64,000 bases of DNA from a virus, in the IMG/VR virus record IMGVR_UViG_3300021420_000019, positions 1 through 64,000 of that record; one strand, given 5' to 3'. A program made the translations under genes and the position numbers. Shown piece by piece: positions 1 through 10,808 of the stretch. Every line of letters begins with the position of its first letter. Within the stretch, counting starts at the first letter, position 1. The notes under the pieces are model-generated. The model did no database searches, was not told the DNA's origin, and saw only the letters and a list, made by a program, of their open reading frames with translations.

Positions 1-1
1 T

Positions 2-3000
2 CATCGTTTAAATTACAACTTAACTGACCCGACCATCGAAGAAGCGGACACGATCCGTAAGCAGTTAAACGATGAGAACCGCGCTATCTTGAGAAAGAAT
101 ATGTGGGACGTTGATACCGCACTCGGTGTCGATCCCGCGTTCGCTGCCCGTTACGCGGCTGCGGACTCGCTTCGAAATGGTATCTATAATACGTTCGAAG
201 ATAAGGGCGTCACCGGAATCCGTGAGATGCGTCAAGATGAGAGATCGATCATCAACCTGCGCAATGCTGCTGAGAGACAGCTCGTACGCGGAGATGTCCG
301 TGTGCGTGGAAGCGGCGAGTCCGGTCCGATCCGTAAGATGCTCGCGAAGGGCGCAAGCTACGTTGGCGGTATGGCGGGCGCTGGAGTAGGCGCTGAGATC
401 GGTGGACCGCTCGGCGCGTCAGCCGGTGCGGAGGTCGGACAGCTAGCGGGGAAGAAGATCGGCGGATTGATCGCTCCCGGTGATCTAACGCGTAACGAAC
501 TTTTAGCTCGCTCTATGAAGGTCAAGGGCGGAGGGGTTCCGACTACTGAGATTCGAGGTGTGGGCGCTCCCAGCGGGGAGTTTGGACCGCCAGAGCCGGT
601 CAGTCCGAAGATGCAGTTGTATACACCGCAGCGCGAGCTGACCCCCCTGCACTCTGAACTTGCAACTCACTACGGCGAGAGTATAGATTCAAGTTACCTA
701 GACCTAGAAAAGAGATTTAAGGACGATCTAGCGGACAAGAAGGCGCACGGGGTCCCTCTAGAGCCAGCAGAGAAGACCCTACTAGGTAAGATCAACCAGG
801 CGGACGCTGTGGACAGACTAGCGGCTCAGAAGCAGATGCAGGAGACGCTCACGGCAGGGAAGAAGCCAGCGGGTCCGACTCTGCCTGATGAAGTTGAGCC
901 GTTGCTGCATCCGCCACAGTCGAAGTTAGCCGAGGGGATGGATACACAACGAGGTATCACGCACGATCTCGCGCACGTTGTCGTAGGATCGGAGCGCGGG
1001 ATTAACTTCGCGGACGGGATACAGAGCCACCTTCACCCGGAGGTAAGCTCAGCCGGTGCTTTGATGAGCGCACCGATTGACTGGGAACCGTATATCGATG
1101 ACGAAGGCAATGTTGATCCCGCGAAGCTCAAGTCAAAGATCGCCGATATCGCCGCTACGTATGTCGCTGGCGGCGTAGCAAACGATCTCTACCACGATAT
1201 CCCGTTCACAGAGAACCACCACCTGGGCGCGGACGTTCGTATATTGAAGAGCTTCATAAAGAACGTCGGCTTCACGGAAGCGGAAGCATCCAAGATGATC
1301 GCGCAGGCTGCGGACGACGCCGCGCAGGTTTTGTCGCGACCTGGCGTGCAGGATATATTAGAGCAGCACGCTGCGGTACGCGAGGCCGGACTAGATAGTA
1401 AGTACCATGTCTCTCCAGAGCGCATGGATCAAATATTACAGGACGTGAAAGATGCAAACTCAACAGGGAAGTCTACAGGAGCTATTCCAGCAAGCAACCG
1501 ACCAGGTGAAGAAGCTGGAGCCGAAGCAGAAGCTGAGCTTGAAGAAGGGAATCCAGCAGAGCTTCGACCAACGCGGAAGGGACCTACTGAAGGAGAAGGC
1601 GGCGGGGCTAGAGGAGATGAACAAGTTAAGCCCGGAGCCGAAGCAGGAACTGTAAAGTCGGAAAACCCGCAACTAGCCCTACCTAACCCAAGGGCGGCTA
1701 GCATGAAGGATGAGCCAGTCTATAAGTATAATCCGGATTTATTTAAGAGTCGGTATGGCACCGGACAAGAGTGGTATCACGGAACAACCGCAGACTTCAC
1801 TGACTTTAAACACGAAGGAATAAAAAGAGGAACCACTGATTGGAATAGCCAACTAGGAACTCATTTCGCCGCAGATGAGAACGTAGCTCATGAATTCGCT
1901 AACGGAAGATATAGCGGCGTAACAGAAGGTGGAAAAATTATTCCAGCTAAGCTCAATATCGACAACCCTAAATCGTATCAATTTGAGGGCGATATGGGTG
2001 ACGACGCATTGAAATCTGCTCTTAAGAATGGCGTTGTAACCTTAGATCAAGTTAAAAAAGTAAAGCCAGATTTCAACCCCAATCAAACATATCATGAAGG
2101 GAATGGTATCATCAATGCACTGCGCGGCAAGAGAAACGAAATTGCAACTAATTTCAAAGCAGATTTGAAATCACAAGGTCATGACGGGATTGTTTATGGG
2201 AATGTTGTTGAAGGCGGCTTCGGCAATCCCGCTGCGATAGCATTTGAGCCGAATCAGATAGAACGAACCGATATTAAGCCAGAAGAGCCGAAGCTCGGAA
2301 CAGGGACTCCCAAGTTAACTCACAAGGTAACTGAGACGGGCGGAGAGGTACGTCTCGATACCGATAAAGGCAACGAAGGAATGCTCAAGTACGCGCTTAA
2401 GGGCGACGAGGCGAGCGTGACCGGGGTACGCGCCGACGAGCCAGGTAAAGGGATCGGCACAGCGATGTACGAGCGTGCCGCTCAAGAGGTTAAGGCACGC
2501 GGCGCTAAGTCGATGACGAGCGACCTCGGTGGTCAAACCAGTATGGACGCGGCTAAGGTCTGGGACAGGCTATCAAAGGCACATCCTGGGGAGATCGAGA
2601 AGATCGACAGCAAGCCGGGATCGCCAGGGTACCGTTGGACGTTCCCAGAAGAGGTGAAGCCAGCGAACCCACAGCTATCGGTTCCGCCAGAGCGCACGAC
2701 AGGCAACTTAGAGCACGACCGTATCATCAAGGAGGGCGGCGGGATACCTGGTGGTGTATTCAAGGGTGATGCTAAAATTGGTGTTCCTGAATTAGCGATG
2801 TTTCATGATCCTCAAAGCGGGACCACACTAGCGCTAAAAACCGATGAGGGAATAACTCCTGAAAAGGTTCGCGAGAGGCTTGAAGAAAGCCGTGCGCAGT
2901 ATGCTGCGGCGAACGCTAAGAAAGCGGTTGCGAAACTGGACCAAGCTATTAAGCCGGAGAGTCCCGAACTCAGCGGCAAGAAAGTTCGGGGCGCAGCGGT

Positions 3001-3544
3001 ATCTCCGCAAACAAAAGCACAAATCTTAGCCAAAGATGTTACTGTCCCGACATTTGCTCGTGATAATGCGTATCAGTCTTTTCCGAAAGGGGCGGGGGCA
3101 ATTGATGAGGGAGATAAAAATTTTCTCCTAGCCGACGGAAGTTTGATTCATGCTGCGAGTGACCAAGAACACGATGCTATGATTGATGATATCGGGGCTA
3201 AAAGATTGCATGATGCCGGGGCTATTCGCATGACTTCGAATGGTCTGGAAATTTTTCAAAAACCGACAGATGACCAACTACAGGAAATAGGCCGCTTCGC
3301 AAAACAAAACTGGGGTGGCCACTTTTTTTGGGATTTTGCATCGAGAGATAATAAAAATTTTTACGGAAACCATCAAGGCGATGGAGAGGGGTCGATAGGA
3401 GATTTTCGAAGGGCGATAGATAACCAATACCCGTTAACGATGACCACTCCTCAGCCCGAAAAATTCGCATCCGTAGGCGGGAAGTTTGTAGGGAATACTC
3501 CGAAACCAGAGCATGCAGGAATAGCCGCACTCGAATCTAAGTAA
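2..3544 (+). CDS. Large polyvalent-type phage protein, 5'-truncated; HDLAH zincin-like, ADP-ribosyltransferase-like and GNAT-like segments
   Basis: Frame is open from position 2, so the start is outside the window. Motifs: THDLAHVVVG; WYHGT...GTHFA...GHDGIVY (ART-like); KGIGTAMYE...AAKVWDRL (GNAT-like). Confidence 0.65.
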   Translation, partial: HRLNYNLTDPTIEEADTIRKQLNDENRAILRKNMWDVDTALGVDPAFAARYAAADSLRNGIYNTFEDKGVTGIREMRQDERSIINLRNAAERQLVRGDVRVRGSGESGPIRKMLAKGASYVGGMAGAGVGAEIGGPLGASAGAEVGQLAGKKIGGLIAPGDLTRNELLARSMKVKGGGVPTTEIRGVGAPSGEFGPPEPVSPKMQLYTPQRELTPLHSELATHYGESIDSSYLDLEKRFKDDLADKKAHGVPLEPAEKTLLGKINQADAVDRLAAQKQMQETLTAGKKPAGPTLPDEVEPLLHPPQSKLAEGMDTQRGITHDLAHVVVGSERGINFADGIQSHLHPEVSSAGALMSAPIDWEPYIDDEGNVDPAKLKSKIADIAATYVAGGVANDLYHDIPFTENHHLGADVRILKSFIKNVGFTEAEASKMIAQAADDAAQVLSRPGVQDILEQHAAVREAGLDSKYHVSPERMDQILQDVKDANSTGKSTGAIPASNRPGEEAGAEAEAELEEGNPAELRPTRKGPTEGEGGGARGDEQVKPGAEAGTVKSENPQLALPNPRAASMKDEPVYKYNPDLFKSRYGTGQEWYHGTTADFTDFKHEGIKRGTTDWNSQLGTHFAADENVAHEFANGRYSGVTEGGKIIPAKLNIDNPKSYQFEGDMGDDALKSALKNGVVTLDQVKKVKPDFNPNQTYHEGNGIINALRGKRNEIATNFKADLKSQGHDGIVYGNVVEGGFGNPAAIAFEPNQIERTDIKPEEPKLGTGTPKLTHKVTETGGEVRLDTDKGNEGMLKYALKGDEASVTGVRADEPGKGIGTAMYERAAQEVKARGAKSMTSDLGGQTSMDAAKVWDRLSKAHPGEIEKIDSKPGSPGYRWTFPEEVKPANPQLSVPPERTTGNLEHDRIIKEGGGIPGGVFKGDAKIGVPELAMFHDPQSGTTLALKTDEGITPEKVRERLEESRAQYAAANAKKAVAKLDQAIKPESPELSGKKVRGAAVSPQTKAQILAKDVTVPTFARDNAYQSFPKGAGAIDEGDKNFLLADGSLIHAASDQEHDAMIDDIGAKRLHDAGAIRMTSNGLEIFQKPTDDQLQEIGRFAKQNWGGHFFWDFASRDNKNFYGNHQGDGEGSIGDFRRAIDNQYPLTMTTPQPEKFASVGGKFVGNTPKPEHAGIAALESK

Positions 3545-3739
3545 TTATTTTGTCCCTGACTTCAGCGCTAGCAAATCTGACATGCAGTCCGACATCTATC
3601 GCCTTGTTGTAAAGGTCCTTAAGGCTAGAGGCGTATGTTGTGTTTAGAAACGAGAATCCTGATTGCGATAAGTAGATAACTCCTCTGCTTGTAAATTCTA
3701 TATCGAAAAGTAACGACTTCATACTCCTCCTAGGAAATT

Positions 3740-3994
3740 ATGGCAAATAAACCTTCATACAGCGCGGCTCGGAAACTTCGCGGCACCGGGACGATGACTA
3801 TCGAGCCCGCGCCGAAGACCACCTTCACTGACAAAAATCTAGACCCTCGGTCAGAGCCTGCGGAAGGAAATCAGATATCCAAGGGCAACGCCGCACCCGG
3901 AGCCAGCATTTCGCCCGAGCTGAACGCTCCTAAACAAACCTCGCACGGCACGGGGGTCAACCGGCCTGACGCTGAAGGCCTAACTAAGACCTAG
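3740..3994 (+). CDS. Hypothetical protein
   Basis: 84 aa ORF with AGGA upstream; last + strand gene before the convergence point. Confidence 0.55.
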   Translation: MANKPSYSAARKLRGTGTMTIEPAPKTTFTDKNLDPRSEPAEGNQISKGNAAPGASISPELNAPKQTSHGTGVNRPDAEGLTKT

Positions 3995-4024
3995 CGCCAA
4001 TCAAATCTCTGATTTATGGCGCTA
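3992..4024. terminator. Hairpin at the convergence of the + and - gene blocks
   Basis: TAGCGCCA...TGGCGCTA inverted repeat between the stops at 3994 and 4022. Confidence 0.45.
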
Positions 4025-4228
4025 TTCATTGAAATTTGGATTCAGCGGGTCGCTCAGATAGACCACCCAACGCCCGCCAGTGTTGCACCAATCTTCAGAA
4101 TCATGAGATTGACACCGTAAGCAATCCCCGCAAGTGTCGCAGTAAAAACACTCTTTTGGTTCCGGTAGATCAATGGTCTTGTAACTTCCGTCTGTTTGTT
4201 CAACTTCGGCCAACATGATCCACTCCAC
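4022..4228 (-). CDS. Small Cys-rich (zinc-finger-like) protein
   Basis: CxxC motifs; packed - strand operon. Confidence 0.5.
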   Translation of the reverse strand: MEWIMLAEVEQTDGSYKTIDLPEPKECFYCDTCGDCLRCQSHDSEDWCNTGGRWVVYLSDPLNPNFNE

Positions 4229-4650
4229 TGCGGCTCATCTGCTGATTGACGCTTTAGATTTCTACTCAAAGGCTATCACAATCTCCCAAATTCTACGTTC
4301 CCTTTCTTCCCAGTCACAATCACTTTCGAGGGCCTTTTTTATCTGAATAATTGCGTATTGCTCTCTTGTTGTCGGAAGCGATTTCACGCCCCGAGGCAAA
4401 CCCATTGCCGCGCCTTCGTATTCCTCGTCGGTATGCATTTTTCCCTCCCCGCAGTTCATCTGCTGATTGATTGGCGATTATATGTGCCTCTCTATCTCAT
4501 CGCCGAAGTCCTGAGAGTACTCAGCTTTGTCCCTCCGGTTGCTGCACACCGGAGCGTGCTTCTTCACACAATCCTGGCACAGGATCATCCCGCAGTCCCT
4601 ACCGTTGCATACCACTATCTGTACCGTTCTCTGACACGCCTCGCATCGCA

Positions 4651-4893
4651 TTAGAAGTTCTCCTCTCCCTCCGGCTCTCTATCTTTAATCGGCTTGATCT
4701 CCCGGCAGACCGGGCAGCGCTTTGGTATCTCTGCGGTCAATAGCTCCATCTTGGGCTGCGCGGAGCACACAAAACCCATATACGATGTCTCTACACGGGT
4801 TATCGTGTGGTTCCAGCGCTGTGCCTTCTCCGTGTTCTGTGACTCTAGCTCGACACGGTCGCTATTCTTGAACGCTATCGTGTACTCTCTCAC
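4651..4893 (-). CDS. Hypothetical protein with CPVC motif
   Basis: 80 aa; start overlaps the stop of 4890..5744. Confidence 0.5.
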   Translation of the reverse strand: MREYTIAFKNSDRVELESQNTEKAQRWNHTITRVETSYMGFVCSAQPKMELLTAEIPKRCPVCREIKPIKDREPEGEENF

Positions 4894-5744
4894 TTGGTCC
4901 TCTTTTCTATTTGGTTTAGGATTGTAGGCATGGCCGGAATTTGTGTAAAGTTATCTACGTGCTTTGTTGCCAGGGTATAGAAGCTATCTGTTGTGTAGAT
5001 ATGCTCAAAGTGATCTAGCAGCGGGCGTAGCCCTTTAGAGAATATCCCGTGTGTCACGTACAGATACAGCGGGAGAGTATTTCCAGACTTCCGCAACGCC
5101 TCCGCTATCCCGATGAAGGTCCCGCCGCCGTCGCAGATGTCATCGATAATTAATATTTGATCGCATTCAGCGAATTCTTTTGCTGACGGAACACTGAATC
5201 CGGATAGCTTTCCTGTTATCTGATCTCGAACTTTCGCTGCTATAAAGCCTGTCTTATACCCATATCGTAACGCGCCTGCGTCCGGTAACAGAACAATAGT
5301 TCGACCGCCTATTTGATCGATAACCTGCTCAATAATCGGCAGCGGGCTCACATCTGTCAGATGGCGGATATACTTCCCGGCTTCGGAAGAATGCACGTCC
5401 AGGGTGACGATATCGTAGCTGATCGTATTCAGCAGTTGAGCGAAGACTTGCAAACCGAGTGTATCCCCGAGCACGAAACGACGGTCCGCACGGGCATACG
5501 GAAGGTAGGGCAGGATCAGCTTGACATCGGCTGACGTTGCGCCCTTTATCGCGTTCAAGAGTTGAGCCAGCGCGACGATCTCGCCGTCTGTGATCTTAGC
5601 GACGACATGAATCCGCTCGACCTTCGGGTGCTTCATCAGGTGAACTATTTCTTCAGTTAGACGGACCTGAACTTCACCGCCGGGATACCGGAACATCTTG
5701 ACCGGACCGTCTGCATCGCCTGGGAAATTGATTGTTAGATTCAT
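4890..5744 (-). CDS. prs: Ribose-phosphate pyrophosphokinase-like protein (Adps-like)
   Basis: YPGGEV, LPYLPYARADR, DVHS, PDAGA and IIDDICDGGGTF motifs of the PRPP synthetase family. Confidence 0.9.
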   Translation of the reverse strand: MNLTINFPGDADGPVKMFRYPGGEVQVRLTEEIVHLMKHPKVERIHVVAKITDGEIVALAQLLNAIKGATSADVKLILPYLPYARADRRFVLGDTLGLQVFAQLLNTISYDIVTLDVHSSEAGKYIRHLTDVSPLPIIEQVIDQIGGRTIVLLPDAGALRYGYKTGFIAAKVRDQITGKLSGFSVPSAKEFAECDQILIIDDICDGGGTFIGIAEALRKSGNTLPLYLYVTHGIFSKGLRPLLDHFEHIYTTDSFYTLATKHVDNFTQIPAMPTILNQIEKRTK

Positions 5745-7213
5745 GTTCGTACCTTCTTCCTGATCTCATCGAACGTTTGATCGATCAGCAGTCCGCCTTG
5801 CTTACCTGAGAATACCTTACGATATGCACAGTTGTCAAGGTCTTTCGGGGATTTCATATCTTGAACTACGTAGTTCGGCTGTCCGACCAGGCCGTCATAT
5901 ACCGCCGGAACTCCCTTCAAGCTGGTCTTCAATCCGTCATCTGTCACCGGCTTCTTGAAGATCGGGATTACCTCGCCCTTTGAATTGCGTACGGCGGTCG
6001 CCTTCATCGCGTGCCCGTAGGTGTCTCGTGTGACGTACTCGTAAGTATACGAACCGATTCCGAAGACCATATTGTACGGGCTCAACTTCAGATTGTCAAT
6101 AGTCTGAGTCAAGATTTCATCTGCACGTTCTAGTGTGATTGAGTCCCCGTAGATCGCTCCCGCCTTATTAATCATCGGCAAGCCTGGGCCATCAGTTGTA
6201 CCGAGTGCGTATGCCAGCAATCGCAATGTCCCGAGGTCTTCCGGAAGGTATCCGTGCAATCCGGACCTGTCGTCCGACTTCCCGCAAATGATCTCAACTG
6301 GATCACCGCTATCGGGACGAATAACAAGTTTCCCGTCGCGAGCAAGAATTATTTCTTTGAGACGTGGGACGTAGCTCGTTAGGACCTTCCACAGGTCCCA
6401 GGTATCGGATACAATGCTCACGATTCCCGTGGGATACACCTCGGTGATTAGCCGCTTGAACGTGTCAAACTCGCCGTCTTGACCGCCCGAGCACATCACG
6501 GAGTGCTCTGTCGCCGGGACCGATCCGCCGATTGAGTAGTCCGCGTGGTAGTACTCGTGCGCCGCTAAGATCGCCGGGATCGTATCGGTGCCGTTGAAAC
6601 TAGTCAGGTGGCCCATGCCAGATAAGATAGCGTCTTCGAGCCCGGACATCCCCCGGAAGCTAAAGTCGTGGCCTTGCCAGTCTATGAAACTCAAATCGGT
6701 CTCTCCTGAGCGTAGGGCGTGTTTTGTAAACAGCTTGCGGTACTCTTGTGCGGTCGTCGCGCTGGTAGACGGCTTCCACAATATCGCGGACATCACACTC
6801 TCAATATAATTCGGGAGCCAGTAACAGTTATCGTCTGTGTTTGTCACGACAATTGAAGGTATCTTTATCGGTACAGTGACGCCCTCGGGCAGAGCATAAA
6901 AGTCCAGCGGGAGATAGCCCAAGTTATGCAGATATTCGATATGATCGGTCTTTGGATTTTCGATTCCGAGAGTCTTCTTAATAACTTCTCGGTAGTTTGT
7001 GAGAACCATATCGATAGGTGTTCCAAAGAAATAATAATCAAATTCCTCAATCAGATACTTCTTGAGGAAGTACTGAAGGCCAAAGAACACGGTGCTATTT
7101 CGTCCGGTCCGCGAACTCCTGGCAGTCCAATTCGACCAGACCTGCTTCGTGCCGGGCGCGTACTGAATCACATGCCCTACCTTGTAGAAATCGATGTAGA
7201 AAATTGGGTTCAT
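5741..7213 (-). CDS. nadV: Nicotinamide phosphoribosyltransferase-like protein (Namat-like)
   Basis: DFYKVGH, HDFSFRG, PATEHSVM, VSDTWD, RPDSGDP, GDSIT, GIGSYTY motifs. Confidence 0.93.
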   Translation of the reverse strand: MNPIFYIDFYKVGHVIQYAPGTKQVWSNWTARSSRTGRNSTVFFGLQYFLKKYLIEEFDYYFFGTPIDMVLTNYREVIKKTLGIENPKTDHIEYLHNLGYLPLDFYALPEGVTVPIKIPSIVVTNTDDNCYWLPNYIESVMSAILWKPSTSATTAQEYRKLFTKHALRSGETDLSFIDWQGHDFSFRGMSGLEDAILSGMGHLTSFNGTDTIPAILAAHEYYHADYSIGGSVPATEHSVMCSGGQDGEFDTFKRLITEVYPTGIVSIVSDTWDLWKVLTSYVPRLKEIILARDGKLVIRPDSGDPVEIICGKSDDRSGLHGYLPEDLGTLRLLAYALGTTDGPGLPMINKAGAIYGDSITLERADEILTQTIDNLKLSPYNMVFGIGSYTYEYVTRDTYGHAMKATAVRNSKGEVIPIFKKPVTDDGLKTSLKGVPAVYDGLVGQPNYVVQDMKSPKDLDNCAYRKVFSGKQGGLLIDQTFDEIRKKVRT

Positions 7214-8206
7214 GATTTTTCCTCTTCATCCCGCAAGACATCTCTCGGGCTGATCGAACGAATCACGGGGATTACGTGCCCCTCGATGGCCGGGCCCTTT
7301 AGGTCGCTGTGGTCCGCAGGGACGCGAGCCAGCGGAATGGACCTCTGATGGATCGTAATCGTAACCTCGTCACCGACAAGTAATTGTTCGATGCCGGAGA
7401 TAGCGATTGTGGCGGTAGAACAGTATATACCTGTAACCTTTCCTTGAACGTTCATGATGCCTCCTATTTCATTATCTGTAAAACGTTTTTAATCTCGTCC
7501 CGTACTTCCTTCTTGCCTTGCTCAATAGCCGCCCAGAGTAGACTAGCTACGGCGGGCCCGACGTATATCTCTCGCTCGCCGTTATCGATATAGGTGACAA
7601 TAAACTTCCGGTCGTTCGCGTCACGCTGGGTGATCTTGATTGTGCCTAGTTTAATCATTAAAATAATCCAAATAGCTTCTTGCGTCTCTTTGAAAACTTC
7701 GGCTGAGCGCACATATGCAGCAGTTGAAGCAAGCCAATAGCGGAGCCCTCGATCATGCTCAGATGCATCTTGCCGCCCGTGATCTCACAGAAGTCCTCTA
7801 TCTTGGTGCCGGGCTTCGGTGTGACGATAAATTCCCAGGGCGCTAGTGCGTCCCGCTGAAAGATTTCCACGACCGCTTCGCACTCTAGACGCGCCTGAAT
7901 GTAAAACTTAGTTTCGCTCGGCTCGATCTGTAGATTATTCATTAACTTTCACCTCGAACTCCCGCGCTAAGGCGCGAAACATGCGGCCACGTCCCTTGTG
8001 GCCTCCCGCTTCGCATTGACTCGCTATCTTCAAAAGCTTGCTGACGAAAGGCACGCTGAACTTTTTATCGATCTTTTGAAAATCTTTCAGCAGACTACTA
8101 AGCAGTTCGCGCTCTCCCGCGTTCAAAGAGCGCAGCACACCGGCTCCGCAAGGGACGGTGAACTTGCCGTCTAATTTTCGCTCGACTGCTGAAATGTACG
8201 GGTTCT

Positions 8207-8662
8207 TCACTTTGCGATCTCCATCCACTCCGGGACCTTGACGTGACGCCGGAAAAACCAGCGGTCCGAGGATACCTCGGGCGGGGTACGGTGCTCGACT
8301 GATAGATTCCGGATCAAGAGTATGTCCCCGGGCTCTGGCCTAATAACAGTCTCGTCCGGCAACTTTATCTCGGTCTGCTCGCGGTTAGACCACAGCACCA
8401 TTCCGACATCAGAACTATTATTGTCTCGGTGCCACTTTGTGGATGTCCCATATGATACTATTTCAGGATGATTGTTAGGCGACCTGAGTTCTGCGGACAG
8501 TTTGTCATCGCCCCACGCTGACTTCCACCAATAGCCGTATCCACTTGTTTCCAAGCCCCGTTTGACACTAACGTCAGTGAGATACCTGCCCATCTCTTGA
8601 GCGTCAAAGTTGCTCGGCTCGTACCTTCCGATGACGAGTACTCCAGGGGCTAGCTGTCTCAT
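8207..8662 (-). CDS. Putative 2OG-Fe(II) oxygenase / cupin-fold protein
   Basis: WHRD...EHRTP...RWFFR gives the HxD...H...R pattern. Confidence 0.5.
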   Translation of the reverse strand: MRQLAPGVLVIGRYEPSNFDAQEMGRYLTDVSVKRGLETSGYGYWWKSAWGDDKLSAELRSPNNHPEIVSYGTSTKWHRDNNSSDVGMVLWSNREQTEIKLPDETVIRPEPGDILLIRNLSVEHRTPPEVSSDRWFFRRHVKVPEWMEIAK

Positions 8663-9450
8663 GGTCGTCGTCCACCTTTCCTTGCGATCCAGATAGTCAC
8701 AAACGGTACGAGGTTAATGCACGCCCGTCTGTTTGTCTTTGAATAGTGTACACCAATCCACGCGCTTGTCAAGCGAAATAATACGCCGATTGTAACTTTA
8801 TTCACGATTTTACAAACGTGAACGTCTAAGGCGTTATCGAGGGTGTACATCATCTGGCACCCCGTACAATACCACCCTGAATACTTTGGGTAGTCGGGCT
8901 CAGAAACATAGTTCATTTATTTTCTCCATGAAAAATTCCGTAGTGATCTTGAACCAAGCAGAACGCGCACCACGGTTCGCACATCCCGATCTTATGCCGA
9001 AACCAGTGCCAGAGGAAGCTCACGATCTCCTCCGGATAAACATCGGCGCTGTTCCGATAGCGACATAGTCTAGGATATCGTTGCAGTCGATAATCCCACC
9101 GGAATAAAGACGAGTGCAAAAATTATTATACTGATCCCATTCAGACTGTGGTCGTTCTCTCGGGACCCGCCAAACAAATCCCCACCGATATACATACGTG
9201 TACTCGCGGGTATCGGTCGTCCGAAACACGAAGCCCCACCGATACGTATAGCGCTCTTTCATACGCCCTTCAGGTAGTCTAGCGACGACTGATGATCCGA
9301 ATCCGGCACTTCGGGTACTTCAATCACAGTCACATCTTTTGGATCGTCGCAATCAATTATCATTCCCGGAACCCACGGACGAAGATGAATGGTTTCAAAG
9401 CCGTTATCATATTTTTGAATTACTCGAACCATCTTCATAATATCCTCTTT

Positions 9451-9831
9451 TTATCGAACCCACTCCGCTGAGATCAGTGCCTCGCCTCGGACCCCGGGCG
9501 GCGGGATCACGCCTATACCGACCGTGACACGGTCTGCCGCGTTAACCCCCGCGTGATTCATGACTAACCTTCGAATCAAATCTACGAAATTAAGGGCCAT
9601 CTTCTCGCAGCTCAGCGGACTACGAGGAGCCGGATAGAACTCTTCTTGGAAGACCTGGTTAACTTCCAACTGATCGATGATAAATCCGTCTCCGTCCAAG
9701 AATTCTGAATCAGACACAATTTCGCAGACAAAGAGGTATTCCTGGGCCCCGGGCTCGCCGTGTCCGCAGACCCCGTCCCCGGTACGCCAGTTAGCTTTGA
9801 AGGTGCCTGCTCGTCGCAGTGTTAGCTTCAT
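9451..9831 (-). CDS. Divergent QueD/PTPS-like T-fold protein
   Basis: Size and the motifs LDGDGFIID and SCEKMA resemble QueD GMVVDF and TAENLA; most metal-binding His residues are not evident. Confidence 0.4.
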   Translation of the reverse strand: MKLTLRRAGTFKANWRTGDGVCGHGEPGAQEYLFVCEIVSDSEFLDGDGFIIDQLEVNQVFQEEFYPAPRSPLSCEKMALNFVDLIRRLVMNHAGVNAADRVTVGIGVIPPPGVRGEALISAEWVR

Positions 9832-10727
9832 AGAACCTCCGGCAGCGCGAACCCGAGCCCGACCCGGGACGCCTCTGACTTCCTGGTTTCGATCTCGCTG
9901 CCAAAACGAATATACTTACTATGTACGTCACCCGCGCTATGCCCGGACCAGTAATGTTCCAATCCGGTGGGCGTGCTCATCTTATTTAGATGCGTGATCC
10001 GGAACCTACGGAACGAGTGAAATCCGGTAACTCTATTCTTTTCAAGACGATCACGGTAGCCGCTCTCCTTGCCAGGGAACAAAAATCCAACGACTTCGGG
10101 AGCGCTCTTCGCAAGAAACTCGTTGAGTTCGGGACTCAAATCCACTTCCCGTTGGCCCGCCTTGGTCTTGGTCGGGCCCAGGCCCGTTCTAGTCCTCTGC
10201 TGCCTTACGACAATTTTTGACTCCGAAGGAATCCAAACAGTGCTAACTCCATCATCTTCAATAACTTGTATAGCCAGAGCTTCGGCAATTCTCAATCCGG
10301 TTCCCGCCAGCAAGGCGTAGAGTGCCTTATCGTGGACGTTCGCCTTCTGTAGGGCGGTCTCTAGCGTTTCTAGGGCTATCATAGCGCCCTCTGAGACCGG
10401 CTCTGGCGCGTCAATGATATCCGCGCTCCAGGTTGTTGGGAAGAGCTGATTCCCGTCTTCATCGGCAGCACTTTTCTTGACCTTTTTAATCAACATCACG
10501 TTTAACGCGATTGACCTGGGCGAGTATCCTTGCTCGGAGAGCTTGGTCACGGTCTCGTTAAGTACTTTATTGCCTATATCTTGCAACGGCATTTTGCCTA
10601 TGATAGGGGCCAAAATGTTAATCGCAGTCTGGTAGGTCCTAACGGACGCCGGGCGGAGCGGGTTGCGCTTCCGATTCGCGCCCTCTTTCAGGAACCGCTC
10701 AGCCTGCTGTTCGAATGTGACTTTCAT
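9828..10727 (-). CDS. Tyrosine recombinase/integrase
   Basis: TGLRIAE, KT, HSFRR, GH and C-terminal Y catalytic pattern; start moved to 10727 because of a GGAGG RBS and upstream promoter. Confidence 0.9.
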   Translation of the reverse strand: MKVTFEQQAERFLKEGANRKRNPLRPASVRTYQTAINILAPIIGKMPLQDIGNKVLNETVTKLSEQGYSPRSIALNVMLIKKVKKSAADEDGNQLFPTTWSADIIDAPEPVSEGAMIALETLETALQKANVHDKALYALLAGTGLRIAEALAIQVIEDDGVSTVWIPSESKIVVRQQRTRTGLGPTKTKAGQREVDLSPELNEFLAKSAPEVVGFLFPGKESGYRDRLEKNRVTGFHSFRRFRITHLNKMSTPTGLEHYWSGHSAGDVHSKYIRFGSEIETRKSEASRVGLGFALPEVL

Positions 10728-10786
10728 CGGTCTTTCCTCCACACCGGCATAATAATCCGATACTTGCGATGTCAAGCCTTATTTTG

Positions 10787-10808
10787 GGGAATTATATAGA
10801 TGACTCCC
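10787..10808 (+). repeat. IS1595-type terminal inverted repeat (orphan left end, or outer end of a nested element)
   Basis: GGGAATTATATAGATGACTCCC matches the ends of 12127..13932. Confidence 0.8.
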
